NCBI GenBank assembly: GCA_030539115.1 | Contig: JAUNSR010000003.1 | Location: forward strand, 94,636 to 158,635 | Source: Bacteroidales bacterium | GTDB taxonomy: Bacteria > Bacteroidota > Bacteroidia > Bacteroidales > JAUNSR01 | Direction of reading: 5' to 3' | DNA: 64,000 bases | Shown here: piece after piece, positions 19,267-28,315 of the stretch | How positions within the stretch are numbered: position 1 is the stretch's first letter | Layout of the letters: every line of letters begins with the position of its first letter | Made by a program: the position numbers and the translations under genes | The notes under the pieces: model-generated | The model's input: the letters and a program-made list of their open reading frames with translations, nothing else | The model's database searches: none | What the model was told of the DNA's origin: nothing

Positions 19267-19947
19267 TTATAACACATTATTTACCTCTGTTACAATCCTA
19301 CCATCAAAAAGATTAATAATACGATGAGCATAGGATGCATCTCTTTGACTGTGAGTTACCATCACAATTGTTGCTCCTTTTTTATTTAAATCTGTAAGCA
19401 AGTTTAAAACATCAAGACCATTTTTTGAATCCAGATTACCGGTAGGTTCATCTGCAAGTATCAGTTTAGGATTTGCAATTACAGCCCTTGCTATCGCAAC
19501 TCTCTGCTGTTGACCACCAGAAAGTTGATTAGGAAAATGCTGAGCCCTATGACTAACGCCAACGCTTTTTAATGCTTCCTCAACTTTTTGTTTCCTCTCT
19601 TCACTTTTCATTTTCAGATAAGTTAAAGGCAGCTCAACATTCTCTTTTACATTTAATTCCTCTATCAAATTAAAACTTTGAAATACAAACCCTATTTTAC
19701 CTTTTCTCATCTCTGTACGTTGTTTTTCTTTTAGATGGCCAACTTCAACACCATCAAGAAAATATTCTCCGTCTGTCGGATTGTCGAGTAGTCCGAGAAT
19801 ATTGAGAAGTGTAGATTTACCACATCCTGAAGGACCCATAATGGCAATAAACTCTCCTTTTTTAACCTCCAATGAGACACTGTCCAAAGCAACTGTTTCT
19901 ATCTCCTCTGTTCTAAAAATCTTTGAAAGATTACTTATCTTAATCAT
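19267..19947 (-). CDS. ABC transporter ATP-binding protein (MacB/LolD-type)
   Basis: Walker A GPSGCGKST, signature LSGGQQQRVAIARA, Walker B ILADEPTGNLD. Confidence 0.9.
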   Translation of the reverse strand: MIKISNLSKIFRTEEIETVALDSVSLEVKKGEFIAIMGPSGCGKSTLLNILGLLDNPTDGEYFLDGVEVGHLKEKQRTEMRKGKIGFVFQSFNLIEELNVKENVELPLTYLKMKSEERKQKVEEALKSVGVSHRAQHFPNQLSGGQQQRVAIARAVIANPKLILADEPTGNLDSKNGLDVLNLLTDLNKKGATIVMVTHSQRDASYAHRIINLFDGRIVTEVNNVL

Positions 19948-19998
19948 AATATTTATTATTGAATTAATTATTACCCGGTTATCAAAGCATTATATTCC

Positions 19999-21249
19999 TT
20001 ATTTTAAAATAAGCTTTTGGTTGTCGCCAAAACTCTCATATCCGGAAACAATGACATTTTCTCCCGGAGAAAGACCCTCAAGCACTTCATAATATTGAGG
20101 ATTTTGTCTGCCTATTTTGATGTCTCTTCTTTGAGCGACAGTACCATCATTGCTCACAACATAAATCCATTTTCCACCTGTAGTTTGATAAAAAGAGCCT
20201 CTTGGAATAATAATGCCATCTTTTGCTTCTCCCAACTGAAGGTTTATATAATATGTCTGCCCTGTTCTGATATTATCAGGACGCTCGCCAACAAAAACAA
20301 AATCTGTTTTAAACTGTCCGTCTCTGACCTCAGGATAAACTTTAGATATTTCAATCACAAATTCGGCATTTTGTCTTTCAAAGATTCCTTTCAGCCCTTT
20401 TGAAACTCTGTCAATATAATGTTCATCAATTTTTGCTTCAATCTTATAATCAGAAAGCACATTAATCTGCCCTATCTTCTCACCGGAAGAAACAGACTGA
20501 CCGATTTCAGCTGTAAGCATTCCCAATTGACCATCATAAGGAGCCTTAACATTAAGATTCTCTATCCGTTGTCTTATCATTGAAAGATTGAGACGCATAT
20601 TGCTTAAACTCTCTTCCATCTGCTCAACCTGAACAGAGCGATAGATAGAGTCTTGTTTTTGACGATCTATTATAAGCTGCATTTTATTTTTTGAATACTC
20701 ATAATCCTCTTTTGCTTGAAGATAAGTCTCTTTAGCTATAAGTTTATCATTGTAAAGAGCTGAATTTTGTTCAAAAGCCCTTTTCTTTCTTCTGTTTTCC
20801 AATTGAATTGAAAGCAGTTCCTGTTTAAGATTAAGCTTTTCCTGCTCCATGGTAACCTGAGTGTTACGAAGAAAGTTCTGCTTTTCAGCAAGTTGGGCTT
20901 CACTGTCAAGAATTGAAAGGCTTAGATTTGGATTATTTAGTTTAAGGATAACATCTCCCTTTTTGACCGTACTCCCTTCATCAATAAGTTTTTGTTCTAT
21001 AATTCCCGATTCCAATGCACTAATTTGAATCAAGGACCCCGGCTGAACCTGGCCATTAAGCCTTATATAGTCATTGAAAGGATTCTTCTCTACCTGAGCT
21101 ATCGTGACAGCATTTTTCTCAACCCTCATTTTTGATGAACGATCTCCAAATACCATCCATGAAATAAGAAATAGAAATATTGTTCCTGCAATAATATATG
21201 GTATATGTTTCTTTTGAATCCCTTTTTTCTTTTCTATTTTACGATCCAT
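19999..21249 (-). CDS. HlyD/MacA-family periplasmic adaptor (membrane fusion protein)
   Basis: N-terminal TM anchor, a long coiled-coil hairpin region and a beta-barrel C-terminus. It lies between the TolC-like and ABC ATPase genes. Confidence 0.85.
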   Translation of the reverse strand: MDRKIEKKKGIQKKHIPYIIAGTIFLFLISWMVFGDRSSKMRVEKNAVTIAQVEKNPFNDYIRLNGQVQPGSLIQISALESGIIEQKLIDEGSTVKKGDVILKLNNPNLSLSILDSEAQLAEKQNFLRNTQVTMEQEKLNLKQELLSIQLENRRKKRAFEQNSALYNDKLIAKETYLQAKEDYEYSKNKMQLIIDRQKQDSIYRSVQVEQMEESLSNMRLNLSMIRQRIENLNVKAPYDGQLGMLTAEIGQSVSSGEKIGQINVLSDYKIEAKIDEHYIDRVSKGLKGIFERQNAEFVIEISKVYPEVRDGQFKTDFVFVGERPDNIRTGQTYYINLQLGEAKDGIIIPRGSFYQTTGGKWIYVVSNDGTVAQRRDIKIGRQNPQYYEVLEGLSPGENVIVSGYESFGDNQKLILK

Positions 21250-21384
21250 TTCAAATATATTTTTTTGTTTATTTTTTCTCTACTAATAAAAGCTCAATTG
21301 TTCAACCATTCTGAATTTTCATTAATCACAGTTTAAGATGAGCTCTATTGTAATATTACATTCATCATAATGTCTGACTATAAA

Positions 21385-22728
21385 TTACTTTTCTTTTATA
21401 TATGGAATCCCTTTAAAATAGTCAAGCTGCATTTTTTTTATTAAATACTGCACATGCATACCCGTTACCTCAGCTTTTGCCTGAGAAAGTTGGTTTGAAC
21501 TATTTTGCAATTCCAATGCGCTTATCATTCCTTGCTCAAATTTCTTGATATTTATTGAATGAGCCATTTCCACAGAATTTAATTTCTTCACAGCTTGAAT
21601 ATATTCCTTTGATGCTCCATTAAAATCTGCGATTGCGCTTTCAACATCCTTTCGAAGCTGATTGATGGTCTGTTCATAATTTATTTTCTGAATCAAAAAT
21701 TGGCTTTTTGCTCTTTTCTTTGATGATATTATTGATAGAGAATTAAATATTGGTATGGAAACACTTAATCCTATATACTGACCTGCATTATTCTTCATCT
21801 GGTTTTTGTAGGATGGCGCTTCATATTCCTGTCCAATATTCTTAAAATAGTTTGTTCCATATCCTGCCGAAAGTCCTATAGTAGGCAAAAAGCCTGCTAA
21901 TGAAGTTTTAGAAGAATATTTTGCCCCTTTTAGTTGATATTGTGCCTCTTTTACCTTTGGCAAAAATGCCATTGTATTGTTAAAAACAGAATCAGGATTG
22001 TCATAATTGCTGTCTGCCGTAAGTCTTTCCAACGACGAATCAATAAAAAGAGAATCTTCCGGAGGATAATTCATGATACTCTTAAGTTCAATCATTGCAT
22101 TATGAAGAATATTTTCCTGTTTTATAAGGCTGAATTTATCTGCAGCGACATTCGCCTCCATTTGGGCTACATCGGCGCCGGCTTTAACACCCAATTCCTC
22201 CATTTTTCTTGACTGAAAAAGATTATTTTCACTCTCATCGAGCTTCTCTTTTATCTGAGCCACAAGTTGACCATAATAAACGGCATTGTAGAATGATACT
22301 ATCACATTATAGGATATATTATCTTTTATTGCCTGTTTGGAATGTTTTCCCATGGTTTCAACAGCCTTGGAATATTTGAAATTATTAATTCTTACCAAAC
22401 CCCTGAAAAGAGGGAGATAAAGTGAGGCATTGTAATTATTGTTGAAGTTAGTCTTTGTCTGATAAGTATTGGTTTCCGGATCCAATGAACGGCCAAAGCT
22501 ATAATTGCCCCCAACAGATGCACTGACAGATGGTAGAAAGCTTCCTTGTGCCTCTATTTTATTCTGATGATAAATATCCTGTTGATAATTCTGCTTTTTG
22601 TTTTCAAGGGAATTATCGTTTGCATAAATAAGACAATCCTGAAGAGTATAGACCTTTTGTGAGAAAGTCCTCATTATATGGAAATTTAAGAATAACGATA
22701 GAAATAATATTTTTTGAAATATTTTCAT
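21385..22728 (-). CDS. TolC-family outer membrane efflux protein
   Basis: Signal peptide, two-repeat architecture, and 447 aa. It is the first gene of the efflux operon. Confidence 0.85.
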   Translation of the reverse strand: MKIFQKILFLSLFLNFHIMRTFSQKVYTLQDCLIYANDNSLENKKQNYQQDIYHQNKIEAQGSFLPSVSASVGGNYSFGRSLDPETNTYQTKTNFNNNYNASLYLPLFRGLVRINNFKYSKAVETMGKHSKQAIKDNISYNVIVSFYNAVYYGQLVAQIKEKLDESENNLFQSRKMEELGVKAGADVAQMEANVAADKFSLIKQENILHNAMIELKSIMNYPPEDSLFIDSSLERLTADSNYDNPDSVFNNTMAFLPKVKEAQYQLKGAKYSSKTSLAGFLPTIGLSAGYGTNYFKNIGQEYEAPSYKNQMKNNAGQYIGLSVSIPIFNSLSIISSKKRAKSQFLIQKINYEQTINQLRKDVESAIADFNGASKEYIQAVKKLNSVEMAHSINIKKFEQGMISALELQNSSNQLSQAKAEVTGMHVQYLIKKMQLDYFKGIPYIKEK

Positions 22729-22973
22729 AATTATTTTTTTATTTTCATTATGAAAATATCAAATGCCATACCAAAAACTTATATTCACTAATACTCAGTC
22801 AATTATAGTTTTTAGGCGAATATTAAAGTGTCTATTTTTTTTACACATAAGTAAAATAATTAGACAGATTCTGTAATTGATCATCTGAACTATAGGCCGT
22901 TAACTCACAATTAAAAGTTTCAAGTTGGTTAATTTTTAGTTTATTTTGTCACCCCAAACAATCATCTAATGAT

Positions 22974-24329
22974 ATGAATAAATCAACCGGAACCATTTGC
23001 ATTACTGACGACAACAAAAGCATTTTAAAAACACTTGATATTTTGCTGTCCGATTATTTCACCAATATCATCACTGTAACCAATCCATCTCAACTGCCGA
23101 CCTTGCTGCATGAAAAGAAGATTGATGTTGTGCTTTTGGATATGAATTTTACTGCAGGAATTAATAATGGCAATGAGGGTATATTTTGGCTTTCACGTAT
23201 TAAAGAGGAGAGTCCTGGCACACAAGTGGTTCTTTTCACAGCTTATGCATATATTGATTTGGCTGTTGTTGGTATAAAAGCCGGAGCGTTTGACTTTATT
23301 ACTAAACCATGGGATAATGAAAAACTTATCGACACATTGACAAAGGCATTAAATTTCAATAAAGCAAAAAATAAAAAGTTATCCTCACGAGACAAAAACA
23401 TAAAGCAACAGGAGACTGAGAATATTTTCATCAGTAATTCTCAATCGATGAAAAATCTTTATGAACAAATAGAAAAGATAGCTTCCACCGATGCTAATGT
23501 TTTACTTACAGGCGAAAACGGAACAGGGAAAGAGGTTTTCGCAAAACAGATTCATAAGCTTTCAAACAGGAAAAACAATGAAATGATATCTGTTGACATG
23601 GGAGCCGTCACAGAAACTCTTTTTGAGAGTGAACTTTTCGGACATGTAAAGGGAGCTTTCACAGATGCAAGAAATGATAGAGAGGGTAAATTTGAAGCCG
23701 CAAACAATAGTACTCTTTTTCTTGATGAGATAGGCAATCTCCCTTATCATTTACAGTCTAAACTGCTTGGTGTAATCCAGCAAAGAAAAGTTGTAAGAGT
23801 TGGTTCAAACAAACCCATTGATATAAATATAAGATTAATCTGCGCCACAAACTGCAATATTCCGTCGATGGTCAATTGCGGTAAGTTTAGAGAAGACTTG
23901 TTTTATAGAATTAATACCATAACAATAAACATCCCTCCATTAAGAGACCGTAAAGATGATATTATCCCTATGACTGAAATGTTTATAAAAAGATATTGCA
24001 GCATTTACAATAAACCGATAATGGAACTTTCAAATAAAGCTTCATTAAAAATCAGCTCTTATTCATGGCCCGGCAATATCAGGGAATTGCAGCATACAAT
24101 TGAAAGAGCTGTAATTATGGGAGATAAGATATTGGATGAAAATGCCTTCCAATTCAATACCATCAATATGATTGACAACAACAAAAGCCATACTTTGGAG
24201 GATCTTGAGAAAAAGGCTATTGCCGAATCAATAAACAATTGTGATGGGAATCTTTCTCTTGTGGCTCAGCAACTTGGCATTACACGACAAACTCTCTACA
24301 ATAAAATTAAAAAATACAATATCATGTAA
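22974..24329 (+). CDS. Sigma-54-dependent Fis-family response regulator (NtrC class)
   Basis: Receiver domain (DVVLLDMNF), AAA+ Walker A GENGTGKE, ESELFGH, a GAFTGA loop that reads GAFTDA, and a C-terminal Fis-type HTH LVAQQLGITRQTLYNKIKKY. Confidence 0.9.
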   Translation: MNKSTGTICITDDNKSILKTLDILLSDYFTNIITVTNPSQLPTLLHEKKIDVVLLDMNFTAGINNGNEGIFWLSRIKEESPGTQVVLFTAYAYIDLAVVGIKAGAFDFITKPWDNEKLIDTLTKALNFNKAKNKKLSSRDKNIKQQETENIFISNSQSMKNLYEQIEKIASTDANVLLTGENGTGKEVFAKQIHKLSNRKNNEMISVDMGAVTETLFESELFGHVKGAFTDARNDREGKFEAANNSTLFLDEIGNLPYHLQSKLLGVIQQRKVVRVGSNKPIDINIRLICATNCNIPSMVNCGKFREDLFYRINTITINIPPLRDRKDDIIPMTEMFIKRYCSIYNKPIMELSNKASLKISSYSWPGNIRELQHTIERAVIMGDKILDENAFQFNTINMIDNNKSHTLEDLEKKAIAESINNCDGNLSLVAQQLGITRQTLYNKIKKYNIM

Positions 24330-24411
24330 CAGTCATAAGATGTTTATCAATCATTTTTTTAATTATATAATTGCCATAAATCACTAATAGTTTAAATGCC
24401 TGAATAAGTGT

Positions 24412-24776
24412 TTTTAAATGCAGCATTTGTATCTTAGTGTTAAATAATAGAATCTGCACAAATGAAACCGCCATAACTCACTCAAAGATGAGATACCCAA
24501 CAAAAGGTATATAAATGGCGCATTTGTACCTTAGAGGTAACGGTTAGAAAAATAAATATTATACAAATGAAACCGCCATAACTCACCTAAAGATGAGATA
24601 CCCAACAAAAGGTATATAAATGGCGCATTTGTACCTTAGAGATAACGGTTAGAAAAATAAATATTATACAAATGAAACCGCCATAACTCACCTAAAGATG
24701 AGATACCCAACAAAAGGTATATAAATGGCGCATTTGTACCTTAGAGGTAACGGTTAGAAAAATAAATATTATACAA
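24412..24776 (+). repeat. Tandem array: one degenerate partial unit plus three near-identical 105-bp units (24458, 24563, 24668)
   Basis: Direct reading gives an exact 105-bp period. Units differ at 1-3 positions. Each unit ends in tatacaaATGAAA, and the last of these is the kinase start codon at 24777. Confidence 0.95.
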
Positions 24777-26075
24777 ATGAAAATCCCTATTAGAATAATC
24801 ATATCTATTATAACAGCACTACTGTCTGCCACATTAATTACAATTTCTGCGGTACATGGTTTGTGGATGCTCTTTACTATTTTTTTGATCATTCTTATTT
24901 GGACACTTTATCTTATTATTAAAAGTTATGTTGTTCAACTTAAGAAATTAAATATCCTTTTAGACGCTGTTGAGAACAACGATTTCTCATTTCATTTTCC
25001 TGAAACAAAAATTGACAACTACGAAGCTCAAATAAACTACATATTCAATAGGATGAGAAAGATTCTTTCTCAAACCAAATCTGAAATTGTTGAAAAGGAG
25101 AAATACTATTCAATCATCCTTGACAAAGTCTCAACAGGGATTATTGTCATTGACAAAAATGGCTTTGTGAGTCAGATTAACGAAGCTGCTCTTTCGTTGA
25201 TTTCTCTTCCGGTGCTTACACATATCAATCAACTGAAAAAAATTGACAACTCATTTACACAAATTGTAAAGGAACTTACACCTGGAGTTACACGCAAAAT
25301 CACTTTAAATACATTATATGGCGACAAGACTCTGACTATTGAGTCTGCCTCTATTGTTATAAATGGCAATGAGCTGAAAATTCTTGCAATTAATGATATA
25401 GAATCCGAATTGGAGGAAAATGAAATTGATTCTTGGATTAAGCTTACAAGAGTTCTCACACATGAAATTATGAACGGCATATCACCCATCACATCACTTA
25501 GTGAGCGTCTTTTAAACAAAAGTGATATAAATGATCCTTCAAGACAAAGTCTTGAAGTTATAAACCATACAGGATCGCAGTTAATATCATTTATTAATTC
25601 ATACCGACAGGTTACAAAGATTCCAACTCCTGAATGTCAAGTATTTTCATTGAAAGATTTCCTTTCTATAGAAATAACAGCAATGAAATCGACCACTAAT
25701 CTCCCAATAAAGTTCATTTTAAATGTAGAGCCAATTGATTTAATGATTTATGCAGATAAAAATTTAATAGCCCGGATTGTTCTCAACCTATTAAAAAATG
25801 CCATTCAGTCTCTTTCCCACCAAAAAGAGCCTTACATAAAAATTGATGCTTATGAAGATAAAGAGGAAAAAGTTATTATTGATTTTTCAAACAATGGTGA
25901 AAAGATACCTGAGGAAATAGCCAAACAAATTTTCATTCCATTTTTTACCACAAAAGCAAATGGTTCAGGAATCGGGCTTAGCATATCGAGACAAATAATG
26001 AGACAACATAACGGGACATTAAAACTATCATATTCAAATCAAAATGAAACGCGTTTTTCAATGATTTTTAGGTAA
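24777..26075 (+). CDS. Sensor histidine kinase (two N-terminal TM segments, PAS-like, HisKA, HATPase_c)
   Basis: H-box LTHEIMNGISPI, N-box LLKNAIQS, G-boxes FTTKANGSGIGLS. Confidence 0.85.
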   Translation: MKIPIRIIISIITALLSATLITISAVHGLWMLFTIFLIILIWTLYLIIKSYVVQLKKLNILLDAVENNDFSFHFPETKIDNYEAQINYIFNRMRKILSQTKSEIVEKEKYYSIILDKVSTGIIVIDKNGFVSQINEAALSLISLPVLTHINQLKKIDNSFTQIVKELTPGVTRKITLNTLYGDKTLTIESASIVINGNELKILAINDIESELEENEIDSWIKLTRVLTHEIMNGISPITSLSERLLNKSDINDPSRQSLEVINHTGSQLISFINSYRQVTKIPTPECQVFSLKDFLSIEITAMKSTTNLPIKFILNVEPIDLMIYADKNLIARIVLNLLKNAIQSLSHQKEPYIKIDAYEDKEEKVIIDFSNNGEKIPEEIAKQIFIPFFTTKANGSGIGLSISRQIMRQHNGTLKLSYSNQNETRFSMIFR

Positions 26076-26106
26076 AATTTATTGAACGAAGATTATAAAC
26101 ACTGCT

Positions 26107-26649
26107 CTATTCAACAACCCAAATCATCATGCCCGGATTATCATCAATTATCTTTTCAATAAAGCTGAAAGCAGTGGATGAGATGGCAGGACAGCCATGG
26201 CTCTCAATGATTTCTTCCGGGAAAACCTCACAATCGGGTATAACATCCCATTCATGCAAAACAACACACCTTTTACGTATATTACTGTTTATCTCCTCCA
26301 AAGAATCAAGGCGGTAGGCTCTACCATAAAAGCCCGAATATTTTTCATTTATTAAGATCTTCCCCAATGAAGAGCAAAAAGAATCATACTTATTGCTAAA
26401 ATAAACCGGCGAAATGATATTTCCCATCCCTCTTTCAACGAAACATTTCTCATACCCGTTATTATACCCTCGCGCCGAGCCATGAGTGGTCAAAGTTTTA
26501 AAGATAATCGCCTCTTTAATAAAATCCACAACAAAAAATCTGTCTTTTCCCGAAGGAATGGAATAATCTATCAAAATAAAAAACCTCGTAGAGAGTTTAT
26601 TTTCATCACAGAATTTTTTTGCTTTTTCAATATAATAATGGAGGTTCAT
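26107..26649 (-). CDS. YkuD_2-like L,D-transpeptidase catalytic domain family protein
   Basis: KDRFFVVDF...THGS...FCSSLG...YRLDSLE..NSNIRKRCVVLH...SHGCPAIS matches the pattern I recall for this family, including the catalytic Cys. Confidence 0.6.
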   Translation of the reverse strand: MNLHYYIEKAKKFCDENKLSTRFFILIDYSIPSGKDRFFVVDFIKEAIIFKTLTTHGSARGYNNGYEKCFVERGMGNIISPVYFSNKYDSFCSSLGKILINEKYSGFYGRAYRLDSLEEINSNIRKRCVVLHEWDVIPDCEVFPEEIIESHGCPAISSTAFSFIEKIIDDNPGMMIWVVE

Positions 26650-26726
26650 AAAATTCTTTTTAACTGTAACAAAATGATATTAAATCTTTTTATATGCAAT
26701 ATTATATACAAAAAAGAATAAATGAT

Positions 26727-26734
26727 TACATTTG
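26727..26734 (+). promoter_or_regulatory. Candidate -7 promoter box TACATTTG for the metK leader
   Basis: Matches TAnnTTTG, about 180 nt upstream of the metK ATG and just before the putative riboswitch. Confidence 0.4.
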
Positions 26735-26749
26735 CGCCGTATAATAAGA

Positions 26750-26812
26750 ATGTGGACGGATTTGGCCGCTTGCAACCACTAAAAAAAATGCTAAAGAAAG
26801 CTCACCTACGCC
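26750..26812 (+). promoter_or_regulatory. Possible SAM-II-class (pseudoknot) riboswitch in the metK leader
   Basis: GTGG...CCAC forms a hairpin whose loop (acggaUUUggccGCUUgcaa) can pair with the downstream A-rich tail (aaaaaaaaugcuaaagaAAGCu). This is an H-type pseudoknot topology like SAM-II. It was not verified with a covariance model. Confidence 0.35.
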
Positions 26813-26916
26813 TCTTTATTAGAGCCAATCCCACCATTTATTCTTCCGATACGTTTAAAAAGTTGTTTGATTGCTTGCTATGCAGTCTAATTTAAAATTT
26901 ATTTTATTCTATTGGT

Positions 26917-28209
26917 ATGAATTATTTATTCACCTCAGAATCGGTGTCCGAGGGACATCCCGATAAAGTAGCCGATCAAATATCGGATGCTTTGCTTGAT
27001 GAGTTTTTGGCACAGGACGCCAACTCTAAAGTAGCTTGCGAAACGCTTGTTACAACCGGTCAGGTTGTTCTTGCCGGTGAAGTAAAATCTAACGCTTATG
27101 TAGATTTGATGGAGACAGCACGTCGTGTCATCAACAAAATCGGCTATACAAAAAGCGAGTACAAATTTGACGGAGATGCCTGCGGCGTTTTCTCTGCTAT
27201 TCATGAACAGTCGGCTGATATCAACCGTGGTGTGGAAAGAGAAAACCCTTATGACCAGGGTGCCGGCGATCAAGGCATGATGTTTGGCTACGCATGCAAC
27301 GAGACCGACACTTATATGCCTCTCTCTCTCAGCCTTTCTCACCTTCTTCTTGAGGAACTTGCTGTCATTAGACGTCAGGGTGAGGTTATGACCTATCTTC
27401 GCCCGGATTCAAAGTCTCAGGTTACTGTGGAATATAATGACAATAATGTTCCCGAAAGAATACATACAATTGTAGTTTCCACTCAGCATGATGACTTCAT
27501 CATTCCGGGAGATGCTTCAAAAGAGGCTCAGCTTGAAGCTGATGAAAAAATGCTTGCTAAAATCCGCAAAGATGTAAAAGATATTCTTCTTCCTCGTGTC
27601 GTTGCAAAACTTCCTGAAAGAGTTAAAGCTCTTTTTGATGAAAAAATTATTCTTCATGTAAATCCTACCGGAAAATTTGTTATCGGCGGTCCTCATGGAG
27701 ATACAGGCCTTACAGGCAGAAAAATTATCGTCGATACTTACGGTGGTAAAGGTGCTCACGGAGGCGGTGCCTTCTCAGGAAAAGATCCGAGCAAAGTTGA
27801 CCGTTCTGCTGCCTATGCTGCCCGTCATATCGCCAAGAATCTTGTTGCTGCCGGCGTTGCTGACGAAATTCTTGTTCAAGTAGCTTATGCTATCGGGGTT
27901 GCAAAACCTGTCAGCCTTTGCATAAATACTTACGGCAAAAACAATGTCAATCTTTCAGACTCCGAAATAGCAGAAAAGGTCGGCGAAATCTTTGACATGC
28001 GTCCTAAAGCTATAGAAGACAGACTTAAACTTCGTAATCCTATTTATGAAGAAACAGCTTCTTATGGTCACATGGGTAGAGAGCCTAAGGTGGTTGAAAA
28101 AATATTTACTTCAAAATATCTTCCTGAGCCTATTGTAAGGAAAGTTGAACTTTTCACATGGGAAAAACTTGACTATGTTGATAAAGTTAAAAAAGCATTT
28201 GGCATTTAA
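26917..28209 (+). CDS. metK: S-adenosylmethionine synthase
   Basis: [31 protein letters not shown], and [19 protein letters not shown]. Confidence 0.97.
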   Translation: MNYLFTSESVSEGHPDKVADQISDALLDEFLAQDANSKVACETLVTTGQVVLAGEVKSNAYVDLMETARRVINKIGYTKSEYKFDGDACGVFSAIHEQSADINRGVERENPYDQGAGDQGMMFGYACNETDTYMPLSLSLSHLLLEELAVIRRQGEVMTYLRPDSKSQVTVEYNDNNVPERIHTIVVSTQHDDFIIPGDASKEAQLEADEKMLAKIRKDVKDILLPRVVAKLPERVKALFDEKIILHVNPTGKFVIGGPHGDTGLTGRKIIVDTYGGKGAHGGGAFSGKDPSKVDRSAAYAARHIAKNLVAAGVADEILVQVAYAIGVAKPVSLCINTYGKNNVNLSDSEIAEKVGEIFDMRPKAIEDRLKLRNPIYEETASYGHMGREPKVVEKIFTSKYLPEPIVRKVELFTWEKLDYVDKVKKAFGI

Positions 28210-28237
28210 TTAGCCTTTAGCGTTAATGATTAGATAG

Positions 28238-28270
28238 ACGGCTCACTTCTTTTAGTGAGCCGTTATTTTA
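28238..28270 (+). terminator. Rho-independent terminator of metK
   Basis: ACGGCTCACT / AGTGAGCCGT forms a 10-bp stem with a 6-nt loop, followed by TATTTTATT. Confidence 0.75.
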
Positions 28271-28315
28271 TTAATCCTTTTCATTACATTTGCGCTATTA
28301 AACATCAGAGAAATT

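Noticed and set aside
24520-24536. The repeat box TGGCGCATTTGTACC as a sigma-54 -24/-12 promoter next to the sigma-54 activator
   Set aside because: The -24 half (TGGC) fits. At the required spacing the -12 element reads TACC instead of TTGC and so lacks the critical GC. I kept this only as an open question, not a call.
24412-24776. Possibility that the regular repeats form a CRISPR array
   Set aside because: The units are contiguous 105-bp copies with no unique spacers between them, and the repeat is far longer than CRISPR repeats. No cas genes are present in the window.
24692-24892. 66-aa minus-strand ORF spanning the repeat array and the kinase start
   Set aside because: It overlaps the kinase N-terminus in antisense and runs through repeat sequence, with no support.
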